Source: Bacteroidota bacterium
Lineage (GTDB): Bacteria; Bacteroidota; Bacteroidia; NS11-12g; UBA9320
Assembly (NCBI GenBank): GCA_947468275.1
Contig: CANIKO010000013.1
Span: 43,721-107,720 of the forward strand
Length of the DNA: 64,000 bases
Direction of reading: 5' to 3'
Part shown: piece by piece, positions 26,817 to 36,824 of the stretch
How positions within the stretch are numbered: position 1 is the first letter of the stretch
Layout: each line of letters opens with the position of its first letter
Position numbers and translations under genes: made by a program
Notes under the pieces: model-generated
Told to the model about the DNA's origin: nothing
Databases searched by the model: none
The model's input: only the letters and a program-made list of their open reading frames with translations

Positions 26817-29800
26817 TTAGAAAGAATCCAAATCTAATTCACGCATTACCCCCATCCATTTAATCACTTTTTCACCTAATCCAGGAGCATTAATATGTAT
26901 CAGGTAAACTCCACTTGCAATTGGCACTTTCGCATCATTTTTCATGTCCCATAATACATCAGTGGACTGATCATCTTTTTTAATCCTTCTAACAAGAGTA
27001 CCGTCTATGGTATAAATTGAGATATCACATCGCATCGGTAAATTGGTAAATTTCACTCTGTTTTCAATGGATGTATTTTCATAATCAGAATATGCGTAAT
27101 AAGGATTAGGAACGACGTTTATCATATCTAAAGCTTTAATTCCATGCTTTGGAGCTACTTCGGTAAATACCTCATTGGTATTAAACTCGTAGCGAGGGTT
27201 ATCAAAATTCAAAGAATTATCCAATGTTTTATAAAACCTATAAGGCTTTTTAACTCTTATTTTAAATCTCACTTCGGTTTCAGGTACGGGCATTCCATTA
27301 ACTTCTTTCATTTTATAACCTGTAGCTAAGTATGCAGGTATAGCATACATACACTGATACATTACTTTATTAACAATTATACTTCTAGCTGTTTCAGTCA
27401 TGACATTATCAGCATCTTTAAGTATATTATAATAGGCTTGACCTTCATCATAACCAGGCAAAAATGGTTGTTGAGATACAACTGCACCTTGATATGAGCC
27501 CATTAAATAGATATAATGTCGACCCCCATTGGCAATAATCCCTGTTCCACTATTTGCATAAAAACCTGCATCAGAGGTCGGATTCCATTTCATATCGCGG
27601 CCATTGTTTGAGTATTGACGAGAATCTTCGCCAAAAACTATATTCAATCGTTCGCCTGTTTCAACATTTATCGCATATCCAGGGAACCAACTACGACCAG
27701 TTTCACCAGGAATCTCTTTTCCATCAATATCTAAAGAAGCATGAGCTCTAAGGTTAAATTTTTTGTTTGAACCCTCGCTCAATATATTATCATCACTCAT
27801 TTCTAGAACACAAGACCTTGTCCATTTTGATTTATCAGGAGTAATAACAAATTCGACACTTGACAATTGGTATAATCCCCATTGACTATTGGTAGGAGTT
27901 CCATCATAGGCTACTCCTTGGATTATAGTGGCGGTAAATTTGGCACCTGCATTATTCGTAAAGCGAGAGGCTAAACGATATGGGCCGATACGACCTTCCC
28001 AAAGTTTTTCATAACTTTCAAATGGATCGATGGCATTCCCATTTATAGCATAATCATTTTCTGTTGGATCAGAAAAACCACCGGCCTTTCCATTAGTACC
28101 AGAGTGCAGCCAATTCCAAAATGGCACACCATCAACATCGTGCATTCCTGAAAGCCACTCCTTACCTTTATCGGCAAAAGTAACTTCGCAACCTAATGCA
28201 CCATTGGTTTCATCCAAATCTGGATTTCCTGGGTCTAATACTTGATCAATAGAAACTGCCATACCCCAATCGGCAAGCTTTGCTGGTTCTTTATACCAAG
28301 CGGTATCCGTTCTTTTTGATGCAAATTGCCATTTATTACCTTTAGTTATTATTTGCTCATTATGTATATTTATCTTCTCTTCAGAAAATATAGTATCTGG
28401 TGTTCCTCCAATATTTTTCTTAATAACAATCCAACGGGTAACATTACCTTTTACTCCCGCTTCACGTTTCCGAATTGAAGAAGCCGTTCCACTCAAATTT
28501 ATTGAATCTTTTAATTCAATAAGCACAAGTTCAAAATCTCCTTTTGGAACTTTCAAAGGGTCAATAATCGAAACCTTCACTGGGCCTTTACCTACTTCAT
28601 ATATAGGATTAAGTACTTTATAGGGAGGAGTACTAATTATCTGTAATTCAGTTTCAGTGGTTAAATCAATAATATTACCGCCATTTCCACTTCCTTCTAT
28701 TCTTTTAATACGTGGTCCGCCACCATAGGAGGTATTTAATTTGGCTCCACCTAAACGAGGTTCTGTATTTCGAGGGGTTGCAACAATTGGTTCCATTTCA
28801 CCCAATAAATATTGATCTTCTTTGCTTAAAGGAGCAGCAGCATACGGAAAAACCATATAATAATACGTTTTAAAATCTACTAATGATTTATTAGACCCCG
28901 TAGCAAATGCATCTTCTTTAATTGACAATGAATGCACCAATCCTTTATTGGGGGCATCTATCATTAATTTTGGTAAAGCTTGTCCAAGGGTTACATCATA
29001 AGGTTTATTAACCAAACGGATGATATTATTTTTTAAATCAGCAACAAATATTTCACGAACCTTGTCTATATTTTCTAAATCTCCTGTACCTACACTTCCG
29101 TCTTTACACTGAAAAATTCTATATCCTTCAAATTTATATACTTGTGGATTTTTATTGGCATCGAGCACTGTTTTACTAAAACTCTCAATTTTTTTAGTAT
29201 TACCCAACATAAATATTAATTCATTATCTAATTCCTGAACGGTAGTAACTGTTGAAGGTGGACCAACTAATGGAACAAAACAGTTATTAAATAATGTTTG
29301 AGCTTTATCACTGGCTAATTTCAATAAAGCTAAAGAACCTTCCGCTCCACCAGTACTTGCCCTCGCCCAAACTACACCTACCGTCAATTTATTAAATGCT
29401 CCTGACTTTAATGTAAATGGCCCACTTGTTTGCATAAATCTTCGATCTGCTGCGGGATTTCCTGCTGAACGTTCGTTCCAGTTTCCAGTTACTTTTGGAT
29501 CGGTATCAAATGGGAATAAGTAATTGGTGCAATTTGTTCCTGTTCTGCCGCTCTTGTAATCAAGTGTCATACAAGTGCCGTTTTTCCACCGACCTGTTAG
29601 GTAATAATAATAATGAATAGGTCGTTCTGGGTTTCCATAAACAGTAAAATCATTATCATAATACACAAATTTGCTCATTCCTAATTCGAATGTGGTATCT
29701 CTTCCATTCATAAGAGTATCTTTTTTAGGTCCTTCAAAAAAATCAACCCCAACAGATGGAGGATTCAAACCATATCCTAATATACCTTCATCATTATCGT

Positions 29801-30788
29801 CGCCATTATATGCAAATCCTAAACTTCGTCCGACATCACACCCCACGTAATCATCCTTATAATTTCCCAAATCCGCATCCACCCATTCACCAAAATAAGT
29901 ATTATATAATGTGCTTGCGCCACGGTTAACAATTCGAGTAGTATAAAAAGTCATATTATTTATCTCATCATTTGATGCGTAAGCAAATGCAGTTGTATGC
30001 AATTCTAAGCCAATTGGTAAGGCTCCTGTTTCAGCATGATTATTTCCTTTATCATTATATACGAAATATAACATTTCTGTAGGTTGTGCTTCAGGTTTAT
30101 TATCATTAGTCCCATCTAACTTTACTCCTCGACACTCATTTTGCAAAACCGGATAATCTCCTGAAATTGGATCATATATTCCATTTTTATTAGCATCATA
30201 ATAAGGAGCCATTGGAGGGGTATTAGCAGATGGATTTCCAGGCCAACCAGCAATATTATCTGATAAAGTAGGTGCACCACTTGCAATATTTGTAACATGT
30301 TCTACTATTTCAGATTTCAATACCTTATAAATATTATCCCATTTTTTGCAGGTAACTTCATCGGTGTTGGACTGGTTATCAAGTGGTCCTGGCCAAAAGT
30401 CAGAACCGCCTTGTCTGTAGGTCATTGCAGCAAGCTTTAAGGCACCCGACCCACCTTTACCATCATAACCTCCTACCCAGATTGCTCCAGAAAATAAAGA
30501 ATGCTTTCTTACTGAGTTAACATTAGTAGCAATCTTTGGTATCTCATATTTCGGATTAGAAAGATCCCACCACATATCGCCACCGTTTAAAATTTTGGTG
30601 CGCACATTGTTTACATCCAGGTCAGCACTAGCTGTAGATGGATCACATGATGCTGCATACTTCATAAGTTTGTGAGCCACTATCGCAGGCTTCACAAGTT
30701 TTTCTCCAACATTTTCTTTTGCTATCAGGTTTGTTGCCACACCTAAAGCAAGTAATGAAAACAGTATAAATTTAATTGTTTTGTTCAT
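26817..30788 (-). CDS. Giant (1323-aa) secreted protein of unknown function with a beta-sandwich sorting-domain-like C-terminus (T9SS type A / FlgD-Ig-like)
   Basis: It has a signal peptide (FILFSLLALGVATNLIA). I recognise no catalytic motif. The C-terminus is VVPNPYYAYSDYE...CDISIYTIDGTLV...LWDMKNDAKVPIASGVYLIHINAPGLGEKVIKWMGVMRELDLDSF. Confidence 0.55.
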   Translation of the reverse strand: MNKTIKFILFSLLALGVATNLIAKENVGEKLVKPAIVAHKLMKYAASCDPSTASADLDVNNVRTKILNGGDMWWDLSNPKYEIPKIATNVNSVRKHSLFSGAIWVGGYDGKGGSGALKLAAMTYRQGGSDFWPGPLDNQSNTDEVTCKKWDNIYKVLKSEIVEHVTNIASGAPTLSDNIAGWPGNPSANTPPMAPYYDANKNGIYDPISGDYPVLQNECRGVKLDGTNDNKPEAQPTEMLYFVYNDKGNNHAETGALPIGLELHTTAFAYASNDEINNMTFYTTRIVNRGASTLYNTYFGEWVDADLGNYKDDYVGCDVGRSLGFAYNGDDNDEGILGYGLNPPSVGVDFFEGPKKDTLMNGRDTTFELGMSKFVYYDNDFTVYGNPERPIHYYYYLTGRWKNGTCMTLDYKSGRTGTNCTNYLFPFDTDPKVTGNWNERSAGNPAADRRFMQTSGPFTLKSGAFNKLTVGVVWARASTGGAEGSLALLKLASDKAQTLFNNCFVPLVGPPSTVTTVQELDNELIFMLGNTKKIESFSKTVLDANKNPQVYKFEGYRIFQCKDGSVGTGDLENIDKVREIFVADLKNNIIRLVNKPYDVTLGQALPKLMIDAPNKGLVHSLSIKEDAFATGSNKSLVDFKTYYYMVFPYAAAPLSKEDQYLLGEMEPIVATPRNTEPRLGGAKLNTSYGGGPRIKRIEGSGNGGNIIDLTTETELQIISTPPYKVLNPIYEVGKGPVKVSIIDPLKVPKGDFELVLIELKDSINLSGTASSIRKREAGVKGNVTRWIVIKKNIGGTPDTIFSEEKINIHNEQIITKGNKWQFASKRTDTAWYKEPAKLADWGMAVSIDQVLDPGNPDLDETNGALGCEVTFADKGKEWLSGMHDVDGVPFWNWLHSGTNGKAGGFSDPTENDYAINGNAIDPFESYEKLWEGRIGPYRLASRFTNNAGAKFTATIIQGVAYDGTPTNSQWGLYQLSSVEFVITPDKSKWTRSCVLEMSDDNILSEGSNKKFNLRAHASLDIDGKEIPGETGRSWFPGYAINVETGERLNIVFGEDSRQYSNNGRDMKWNPTSDAGFYANSGTGIIANGGRHYIYLMGSYQGAVVSQQPFLPGYDEGQAYYNILKDADNVMTETARSIIVNKVMYQCMYAIPAYLATGYKMKEVNGMPVPETEVRFKIRVKKPYRFYKTLDNSLNFDNPRYEFNTNEVFTEVAPKHGIKALDMINVVPNPYYAYSDYENTSIENRVKFTNLPMRCDISIYTIDGTLVRRIKKDDQSTDVLWDMKNDAKVPIASGVYLIHINAPGLGEKVIKWMGVMRELDLDSF

Positions 30789-30856
30789 TCTATTATTTTT
30801 AAAAAATTATGGTTTTTGTAATATTTCGCTTTTATATTTTTCTTATCAGCTTTTAA

Positions 30857-33800
30857 TTAAAGAGTAAACCTTACTCCTAATCTCATTAATCTTGGTGCGG
30901 CATAATTAAAAGGATTATTAACACTGATGTTATACAAGTCAATAAATGATTGCTGACTTACTTGTTGAGAAATTTTTTGCTGTCCTTCTGGTGAACTTAG
31001 GTAACCATCATTATTAGGTAAGCCCGAGAATGCATAAACACTATTGACAATTTTACCATTGAAAAGATTTTGAACTGTAAAAAACACTGTTAAGCCTGTA
31101 ACATTAATCCTATCGTCTTTAATTTGTTTTTTCTTAAATTCATGATAGTGTTGAAAATTAACATCAGCCTTAAACTGCCAAGGCATTCTTGAACCAAAGG
31201 GATTTCCTTTTATTTGACTACGCGTTACTGTTCCTAGTGCCGTTTGTGCGGTCGCTGTTGGGCTTAAATTGGCTGTATAAGGGGCACCTGAACGGGCCAC
31301 AACAATAAAACTGGCATCAGAATTTGCAAATATTCGCTTTCCAAACCATACTGGACCATTATACTCCTTACCCCCTTGATACCCATAGCTAAATGTGGTA
31401 TTAAAATTATGACGAAAATCTACGTCTAAAGGATATAAGGAACGAAGATTAGGTTGATTTGCTTGAATTAACGCTGATTGAGAATTTATATTAGAACCTG
31501 TTCCATCAGCAAATAATAAGGTGTAATTGGCTGTCATTTGGAAATTCTTCAAACCTCTATATTGATATTCTGCCCTAAACGCTTTGTTGGTTGAAAAATC
31601 TATATTAGCATAACTTGTATATGAAACAGGGTAAGCTTGACTGTATCTATATTGTCCAAAATCATTACGAATTTCTGAATAGGACATAATTAAACTGATA
31701 GAGGATACATTGCTAAGCTTTTGTTTGTAACCCAATTCATACATAGTTTTAACACGTGGCTTTAGAGCCGCATTTGGCAAGAACCTGCTTTGATCGGATT
31801 GAAGAAAATAGTAGGAACTGATTGGGGTAAATGTAGCTCCATCAGTTGGGCGCTGAGTAAGCACATCGTAATTCGCAAAGAAAAGGGCTTCCTTGTTTAT
31901 AGGAAATGAAAACCAAACACGTGGTAATATATTTACTTGTGGTTGGTAATCTTTAAAGGCCTCCTTGACAATATCCTTATTATTTACATCAACTAAATAA
32001 GGTTGAATAACGTTGCTAGCAGTTTGTTGAGCTAAAATTTCAGGATTAGCTACTTCTACACCTTGAGCATCGTACCATGTATTGTTATTTCTGTAACCTA
32101 AAACCTTAGTAGGGTTCTTTGCATTATTTACATATATGGCATAGTTGTCGCCAATATTATCAGGATGATTTATTTGCAGACCATTCAATTCACTTACTTC
32201 CCCAACGGTTTTAATTGGATAAAGTGAATATGGATCTTTTAAGGTGGATTGATTAGCATCGTATCTTTCTACCCTAACCCCTACCCTGAAAATCATATCT
32301 TTTATAGCAAATTTATCTTGCAACCAAGCTGCACTGTATATCGGGGCAAATGAGCCTACACTGCGATTCTGTTTGTCATTCAAAAAATCATTAATCCCAA
32401 ATTTCTTGCGGGTTCTATTACCTAAATAATCATATCCAGAATAACTTACATACTGATTATTTTTATTATTCAAATCATCAGCACTAAACATATTTAAGTT
32501 AAGGTCATTGGGTGATAAGGAATTTACATCAATATAAGAAGTTTCCGTAATTTTATTTCCGTAGGCATCTACAGCCCCTTTTGCAATTAATTTAGCCCTC
32601 AAGTTTTTATCAAATGTAGATTGTTGGTCTGCATCTATACGAACATTATATTTAACAGTATCCAAAAACCTACCCTGATCATCATAGGATTGAGTGCTAT
32701 TTAACATATATTCACCTTGTTTCACTTGATCTAAATTAGCAATATGCTTATTAGCTAACTGAGGCATCAATATCCATAAGGAATTTGCACTTAAGCCATA
32801 AGAACTTAATATATTTTGTTCATAGGTCATACCAAACTGGATATCGTGTTTATTTTCTTTATTTTTCCCAGTGTTAATAGATGCCTCACCAATAGCATAG
32901 GCTGAAATTCTTTCCTGTTGGCTTTTACTATAGCCGGCTAATAAAGTACCAGGATTAGCCCATAATGAATAGGTAGTGGGCAGTGAATATCCATTTAGCA
33001 AACCATTAAATGTGGCGATCATCCCATCACTTATTGCGCCATTTAATCCATATGTATTCTTAAAATAATCAAAGGCATTTTCGGTATATCTGCTTCTTAA
33101 AACATTTTTATCACTCGCTTGATAAGTAATCATTGTGTCGCGAAATCCAGTAAGTTCATAATAACCTTGACGAACAACTGTATCGCTTTTTCCATTTTTA
33201 GTTTCAATAAATTTTTGTGGGGCATCTTTATATTCATATACTGGTGCACGGTAATGAGTAAATTTACCTACATATCCATAATCAAACACATTATCTTTAT
33301 GCTCACTGGACTGACTTTTACCAATACTTGTTTGGTAATCGGCACGTATTGAATAAAATGCATCAGAAACCAAAGGTTTTTTAGCATCCTTGTCTTTCTT
33401 GTCTCCACTTTGATAACCAATTTTTTGGGTGTATCTTAAATATCCACGATACGTTTGGTTGGTATTTAATGCATATTCATCAAAATTTAACAATGAAGAA
33501 GTATAACTATAGCCTTTCGTTTCTTGAATAGCGCCAGTTGCGAACAAGGTTAAAACCGAGCTTTTGGAAGGTGTATATTCAAATTTTGCATTTAATACAC
33601 CTGAATATAATGGAACGTTTTGACGAGCCTTATTCAGTACCAAATCATTTTGGGTTAAAAATGATGACGTAGTAATAAAACCTCCTCCGCTCGGATTAGT
33701 AGTTAATGGATTTTGCTTGATATTGTTCAGAACATCATCTTTTACTGTCCATGAGCCCAATACCGTTGGACTAGGATCTTTTTGGTACTCTAAATGTCCT

Positions 33801-34639
33801 GAAATATTATAACCTATTAGCACCCGTTCTTTGTCTCCACCGCCCCTATTAATAATTTTTATTGGACCTGAATAGGCTAATTCTAGGGTATTGTAATGCC
33901 ACTTATCAAAAAGACTTGAAGTTACATACTCATAGTATTGAGATCTTCTTCTGCTAGGGCCTTTGGTTGTAATATTAATGGCTCCCCCTGTAAGGTCACC
34001 AAACATTGCAGGTACCCCGCTTTGAATAAGGTCGATTTGCTCCTGACCAATAGTTGGCATTGCCGAGCTACCTATAACCGCTACACCATCTACAAACAAG
34101 CGTGTACCATCCGTTCTATTACCCAAAAATGAAATACCACCTCCGGATGAGTTTACACCCGACGAGGTATTTGCAATAGCCGCTAGGCCTCTTTGTGGTA
34201 ATTTTAATAGATCTTTTGATGTAAGTGTGTTTTTATTTGCATCTTCTTCTACTAATTTCTTTCTATAACGAATAACATCTACTGCACCTAAATCTTTTCC
34301 ATCTTCACTTGAGATGGATAATTCGATATTCCAAAACGTTATTTTACTACTGTTTACAGTTACTCCTTCAGCCTGATATTTTGTATATCCAACATAGCTT
34401 ACTTCAATATTGTATTCTCCAGGATCAATTCCTTTTATAAAATAATTACCGTTGTCATCGCTTGAAGTAGAAGCTTTCACAATTCCTTCTTTTTTTACCA
34501 CTACTGTGGCATAATCAAGCGCTGAACGTGTTTTTTTGTCTGTAACTTTTCCTCTAATCTCACCATAATTCGATTGGGAGTATCCCAAACCTGACAAGAG
34601 TAATAGTACCAAAACGCTTAAGTAATGTTTTAAAGTCAT
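30857..34639 (-). CDS. TonB-dependent-receptor-like outer-membrane protein with an N-terminal CarboxypepD_reg-like domain (1260 aa)
   Basis: It has a signal peptide and a CarboxypepD_reg-like segment (GEIRGKVTDKKTRSALDYATVVV..PGEYNIEVSYVGY). A plug-like segment follows (ISFLGNRTDGTRLFVDGVAV..PAMFGDLTGGAINITTKGP). The C-terminus is barrel-type (PRLMRLGVRFTL). Confidence 0.75.
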   Translation of the reverse strand: MTLKHYLSVLVLLLLSGLGYSQSNYGEIRGKVTDKKTRSALDYATVVVKKEGIVKASTSSDDNGNYFIKGIDPGEYNIEVSYVGYTKYQAEGVTVNSSKITFWNIELSISSEDGKDLGAVDVIRYRKKLVEEDANKNTLTSKDLLKLPQRGLAAIANTSSGVNSSGGGISFLGNRTDGTRLFVDGVAVIGSSAMPTIGQEQIDLIQSGVPAMFGDLTGGAINITTKGPSRRRSQYYEYVTSSLFDKWHYNTLELAYSGPIKIINRGGGDKERVLIGYNISGHLEYQKDPSPTVLGSWTVKDDVLNNIKQNPLTTNPSGGGFITTSSFLTQNDLVLNKARQNVPLYSGVLNAKFEYTPSKSSVLTLFATGAIQETKGYSYTSSLLNFDEYALNTNQTYRGYLRYTQKIGYQSGDKKDKDAKKPLVSDAFYSIRADYQTSIGKSQSSEHKDNVFDYGYVGKFTHYRAPVYEYKDAPQKFIETKNGKSDTVVRQGYYELTGFRDTMITYQASDKNVLRSRYTENAFDYFKNTYGLNGAISDGMIATFNGLLNGYSLPTTYSLWANPGTLLAGYSKSQQERISAYAIGEASINTGKNKENKHDIQFGMTYEQNILSSYGLSANSLWILMPQLANKHIANLDQVKQGEYMLNSTQSYDDQGRFLDTVKYNVRIDADQQSTFDKNLRAKLIAKGAVDAYGNKITETSYIDVNSLSPNDLNLNMFSADDLNNKNNQYVSYSGYDYLGNRTRKKFGINDFLNDKQNRSVGSFAPIYSAAWLQDKFAIKDMIFRVGVRVERYDANQSTLKDPYSLYPIKTVGEVSELNGLQINHPDNIGDNYAIYVNNAKNPTKVLGYRNNNTWYDAQGVEVANPEILAQQTASNVIQPYLVDVNNKDIVKEAFKDYQPQVNILPRVWFSFPINKEALFFANYDVLTQRPTDGATFTPISSYYFLQSDQSRFLPNAALKPRVKTMYELGYKQKLSNVSSISLIMSYSEIRNDFGQYRYSQAYPVSYTSYANIDFSTNKAFRAEYQYRGLKNFQMTANYTLLFADGTGSNINSQSALIQANQPNLRSLYPLDVDFRHNFNTTFSYGYQGGKEYNGPVWFGKRIFANSDASFIVVARSGAPYTANLSPTATAQTALGTVTRSQIKGNPFGSRMPWQFKADVNFQHYHEFKKKQIKDDRINVTGLTVFFTVQNLFNGKIVNSVYAFSGLPNNDGYLSSPEGQQKISQQVSQQSFIDLYNISVNNPFNYAAPRLMRLGVRFTL

Positions 34640-34725
34640 AATTTTTTTATCTTTTATCTATTATTTAACAAGGGTTTAACGATTTTTTTACCAAACTTCA
34701 ATAATTGCTTTTTTAAACTAAATTA

Positions 34726-35718
34726 TCAAGGGAATTTTTGCTGTTGTTGAAATCCTTTTTCAGTGGCTATGGAATGGCCGTAAAATTCTTTAATTTTAGT
34801 AGCTAAACTCTCTGAAATCTTTTTATAAGATTGGTGTGTCCAACCCCCGATGTGAGGTGTTAATACAGCATTCGAAAAAGACCTTAATTTTTCAAATTCG
34901 GCTGTTTCTAAATTATCAAGTTGGTGAATTCGTTCGTTTTCAAGTACATCAGCAGCAAAGCCAATAATTTTTTGTGATTCCAAAGCTTCCAGCACATCGG
35001 CTGTTTTTACAATCGTTCCGCGGGAGTGATTTAATAAACGGAACGGCTTTGAAAAATTATTTATAAAATTTTTATCTACTAAATATTTCGTCTCATGGGT
35101 TAAAGGTATATGAAGCGAAATTATATCTGCATTCTGAAAAATTTCATTCATATTGGTTTCTTTTACCTGGCTAGTTCCAAAACCTGATTTGTATTTATCA
35201 TACGCCAAAATTTGAACGCCAAAACCACCAAGCACTTTTGCAAACCGACTTCCTGTATTTCCGCATCCAATTATTCCGATAGTTTTACCTTCCAATTCAT
35301 CCCCTCTATTTCCTTCCCTGTCCCATTTTAGGCTTCTTACTTCAGTATCAGCTTTTGTAATATTAGCCATAAGGCTTAGCAGCATTCCCAAGGTATGCTC
35401 GGCTACCGCCTGACTATTGGCTTCGGCAGTATTTATATAGGCTATTCCAATATTATCCAACCAATCGGTATCTAAATTATCAACTCCCGAACCTGCTCTA
35501 ACAACAAGTTGCAGGGCATTGGCATATTGGCAAAGTTCACTATTTACATATACTTTACTTCTAACTATAAGTATTTGCTTATCCGCTAAAGCCAATGGAA
35601 CATCGGCGGGGTTGATCATAGGCAAATAAGTAATATCAAATTTTTGCAACCCACTTTGTTCGAAAAAGCAAGGATGTAAATCATCAATTACCAAAATATT
35701 TATTTTATCACTTGCCAT
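34726..35718 (-). CDS. D-isomer-specific 2-hydroxyacid dehydrogenase family protein (phosphoglycerate-dehydrogenase-like)
   Basis: It has the NAD-binding GIIGCGNTGSRFA, the catalytic region LLNHSRG...D and TPHIGG. Confidence 0.8.
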   Translation of the reverse strand: MASDKINILVIDDLHPCFFEQSGLQKFDITYLPMINPADVPLALADKQILIVRSKVYVNSELCQYANALQLVVRAGSGVDNLDTDWLDNIGIAYINTAEANSQAVAEHTLGMLLSLMANITKADTEVRSLKWDREGNRGDELEGKTIGIIGCGNTGSRFAKVLGGFGVQILAYDKYKSGFGTSQVKETNMNEIFQNADIISLHIPLTHETKYLVDKNFINNFSKPFRLLNHSRGTIVKTADVLEALESQKIIGFAADVLENERIHQLDNLETAEFEKLRSFSNAVLTPHIGGWTHQSYKKISESLATKIKEFYGHSIATEKGFQQQQKFP

Positions 35719-35852
35719 AACTTCGTTCTAAAATCCAATTCGAAAATAATACTCCTTAGACAAACTTCATTATTTAATTGACTAAAGGTATTGATACAGT
35801 TTATTAACGGGATGAGTGACGGTAATGAAAATCATTTCCCCCTTTCTTTTAA

Positions 35853-36782
35853 TTACTTTATCTCAATATGCCTCGACTCTACTTTAGCTCCAAAAAACAA
35901 TCCTGCTATTTGATTGAAAGTTTTAGTATCATCGGTGGTATAAAACATTCTTTTAAAATTCTTTTCACATACTTCATTTATTTCAGAATGCCGGATTAAA
36001 TAATCTTTTAAGCTATCCGCGACTATTTTATCCTGTGATATAATTTTAATTTGGGATGGCAAAAACTCTTTAATCTTTTTTAAAAGCAAAGGATAATGAG
36101 TGCAACCCAAAACTATTGTATCAATTTCAGAAGATTGAAGAAATAATTCATCAAAATATTTTTTGATAAAATAATCAGCACCTTCACCATTAAATTCATT
36201 GTTTTCAACTAATGGAACCCACATTGGGCAAGCTTGCTGAAAAACTTTTATCTCCGGAAAAAATTTTGAAATTTCAATTGGATAGGAATCCGAAGCTACC
36301 GTACCCGAAGTTCCCAATATTCCGATATGCCCAGTTTGGGTATAATTTCCTACAATTTCGGTCGTGGGCCTAATTACTCCCAAAACCCTTCTATTGGGAG
36401 CATCTTCTGGTAAATAATTCTGCTGAATTGAACGCAATGCCTTAGCTGATGAAGTATTGCAGGCCAATATTACAAGGTTGCATCCCAGATTAAATAATTC
36501 TTGGACACATTGTTGGGTGTAATTTGTTACCGTATCAAAGGAGCGATTACCGTATGGCGACCGGGCATTATCCCCTAAATATATATAATCATATTGAGGT
36601 AATTGGTTTACCAATTCTTTTAGAATGGTAAGGCCACCATAACCAGAATCGAAAACTCCGATTGGGCCGGGAAGTAATATTTCGGAATTTTGATTAATGA
36701 TTTTAGAATTAATTTTAGGCTTACGAAAATAGGCAAGGGATTTATTTTTCGAATATGCTTTTATAAAAAAAAACTCCGGCAT
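35853..36782 (-). CDS. murI: Glutamate racemase
   Basis: It has IGVFDSGYGGLTILKEL, ILACNTSSA and VLGCTHYPLL (both catalytic Cys contexts). The track start at 36806 is TTG and the first ATG is at 36782. The ~40-aa N-terminal extension is unusual, so the true start is uncertain. Confidence 0.85.
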   Translation of the reverse strand: MPEFFFIKAYSKNKSLAYFRKPKINSKIINQNSEILLPGPIGVFDSGYGGLTILKELVNQLPQYDYIYLGDNARSPYGNRSFDTVTNYTQQCVQELFNLGCNLVILACNTSSAKALRSIQQNYLPEDAPNRRVLGVIRPTTEIVGNYTQTGHIGILGTSGTVASDSYPIEISKFFPEIKVFQQACPMWVPLVENNEFNGEGADYFIKKYFDELFLQSSEIDTIVLGCTHYPLLLKKIKEFLPSQIKIISQDKIVADSLKDYLIRHSEINEVCEKNFKRMFYTTDDTKTFNQIAGLFFGAKVESRHIEIK

Positions 36783-36797
36783 CAAATAACACCGGAG
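36765..36797 (-). terminator. Intrinsic-terminator-like hairpin after the skp-like gene (minus strand CTCCGG N12 CCGGAG followed by T9)
   Basis: The 6-bp GC-rich stems are at 36774-36779 and 36792-36797, followed by the T9 run at 36765-36773 (read on the minus strand). The first ATG of murI lies inside the loop/3' arm. Confidence 0.5.
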
Positions 36798-36824
36798 ATT
36801 TTTCAAATAAAGTTGAATAAAAAT

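Noticed and set aside
26817-30788. Calling the 1323-aa protein PorU (the T9SS C25 sortase), because it sits directly upstream of a PorV-like gene and has about the right size
   Set aside because: I could not find the features I associate with PorU or gingipain-type C25 peptidases. The downstream barrel is divergent from canonical PorV motifs. The N-terminal region (…LDVNNVRTKILNGGDMWWD…FWPGPLD…) looks like a different, uncharacterised family. This remains the main alternative and needs an HMM search.
30857-34639. SusC/SusD-type polysaccharide utilisation locus
   Set aside because: The TonB-dependent-like gene is not followed by a SusD-like lipoprotein of about 500 aa. No glycoside hydrolases or hybrid two-component/ECF regulators flank it.
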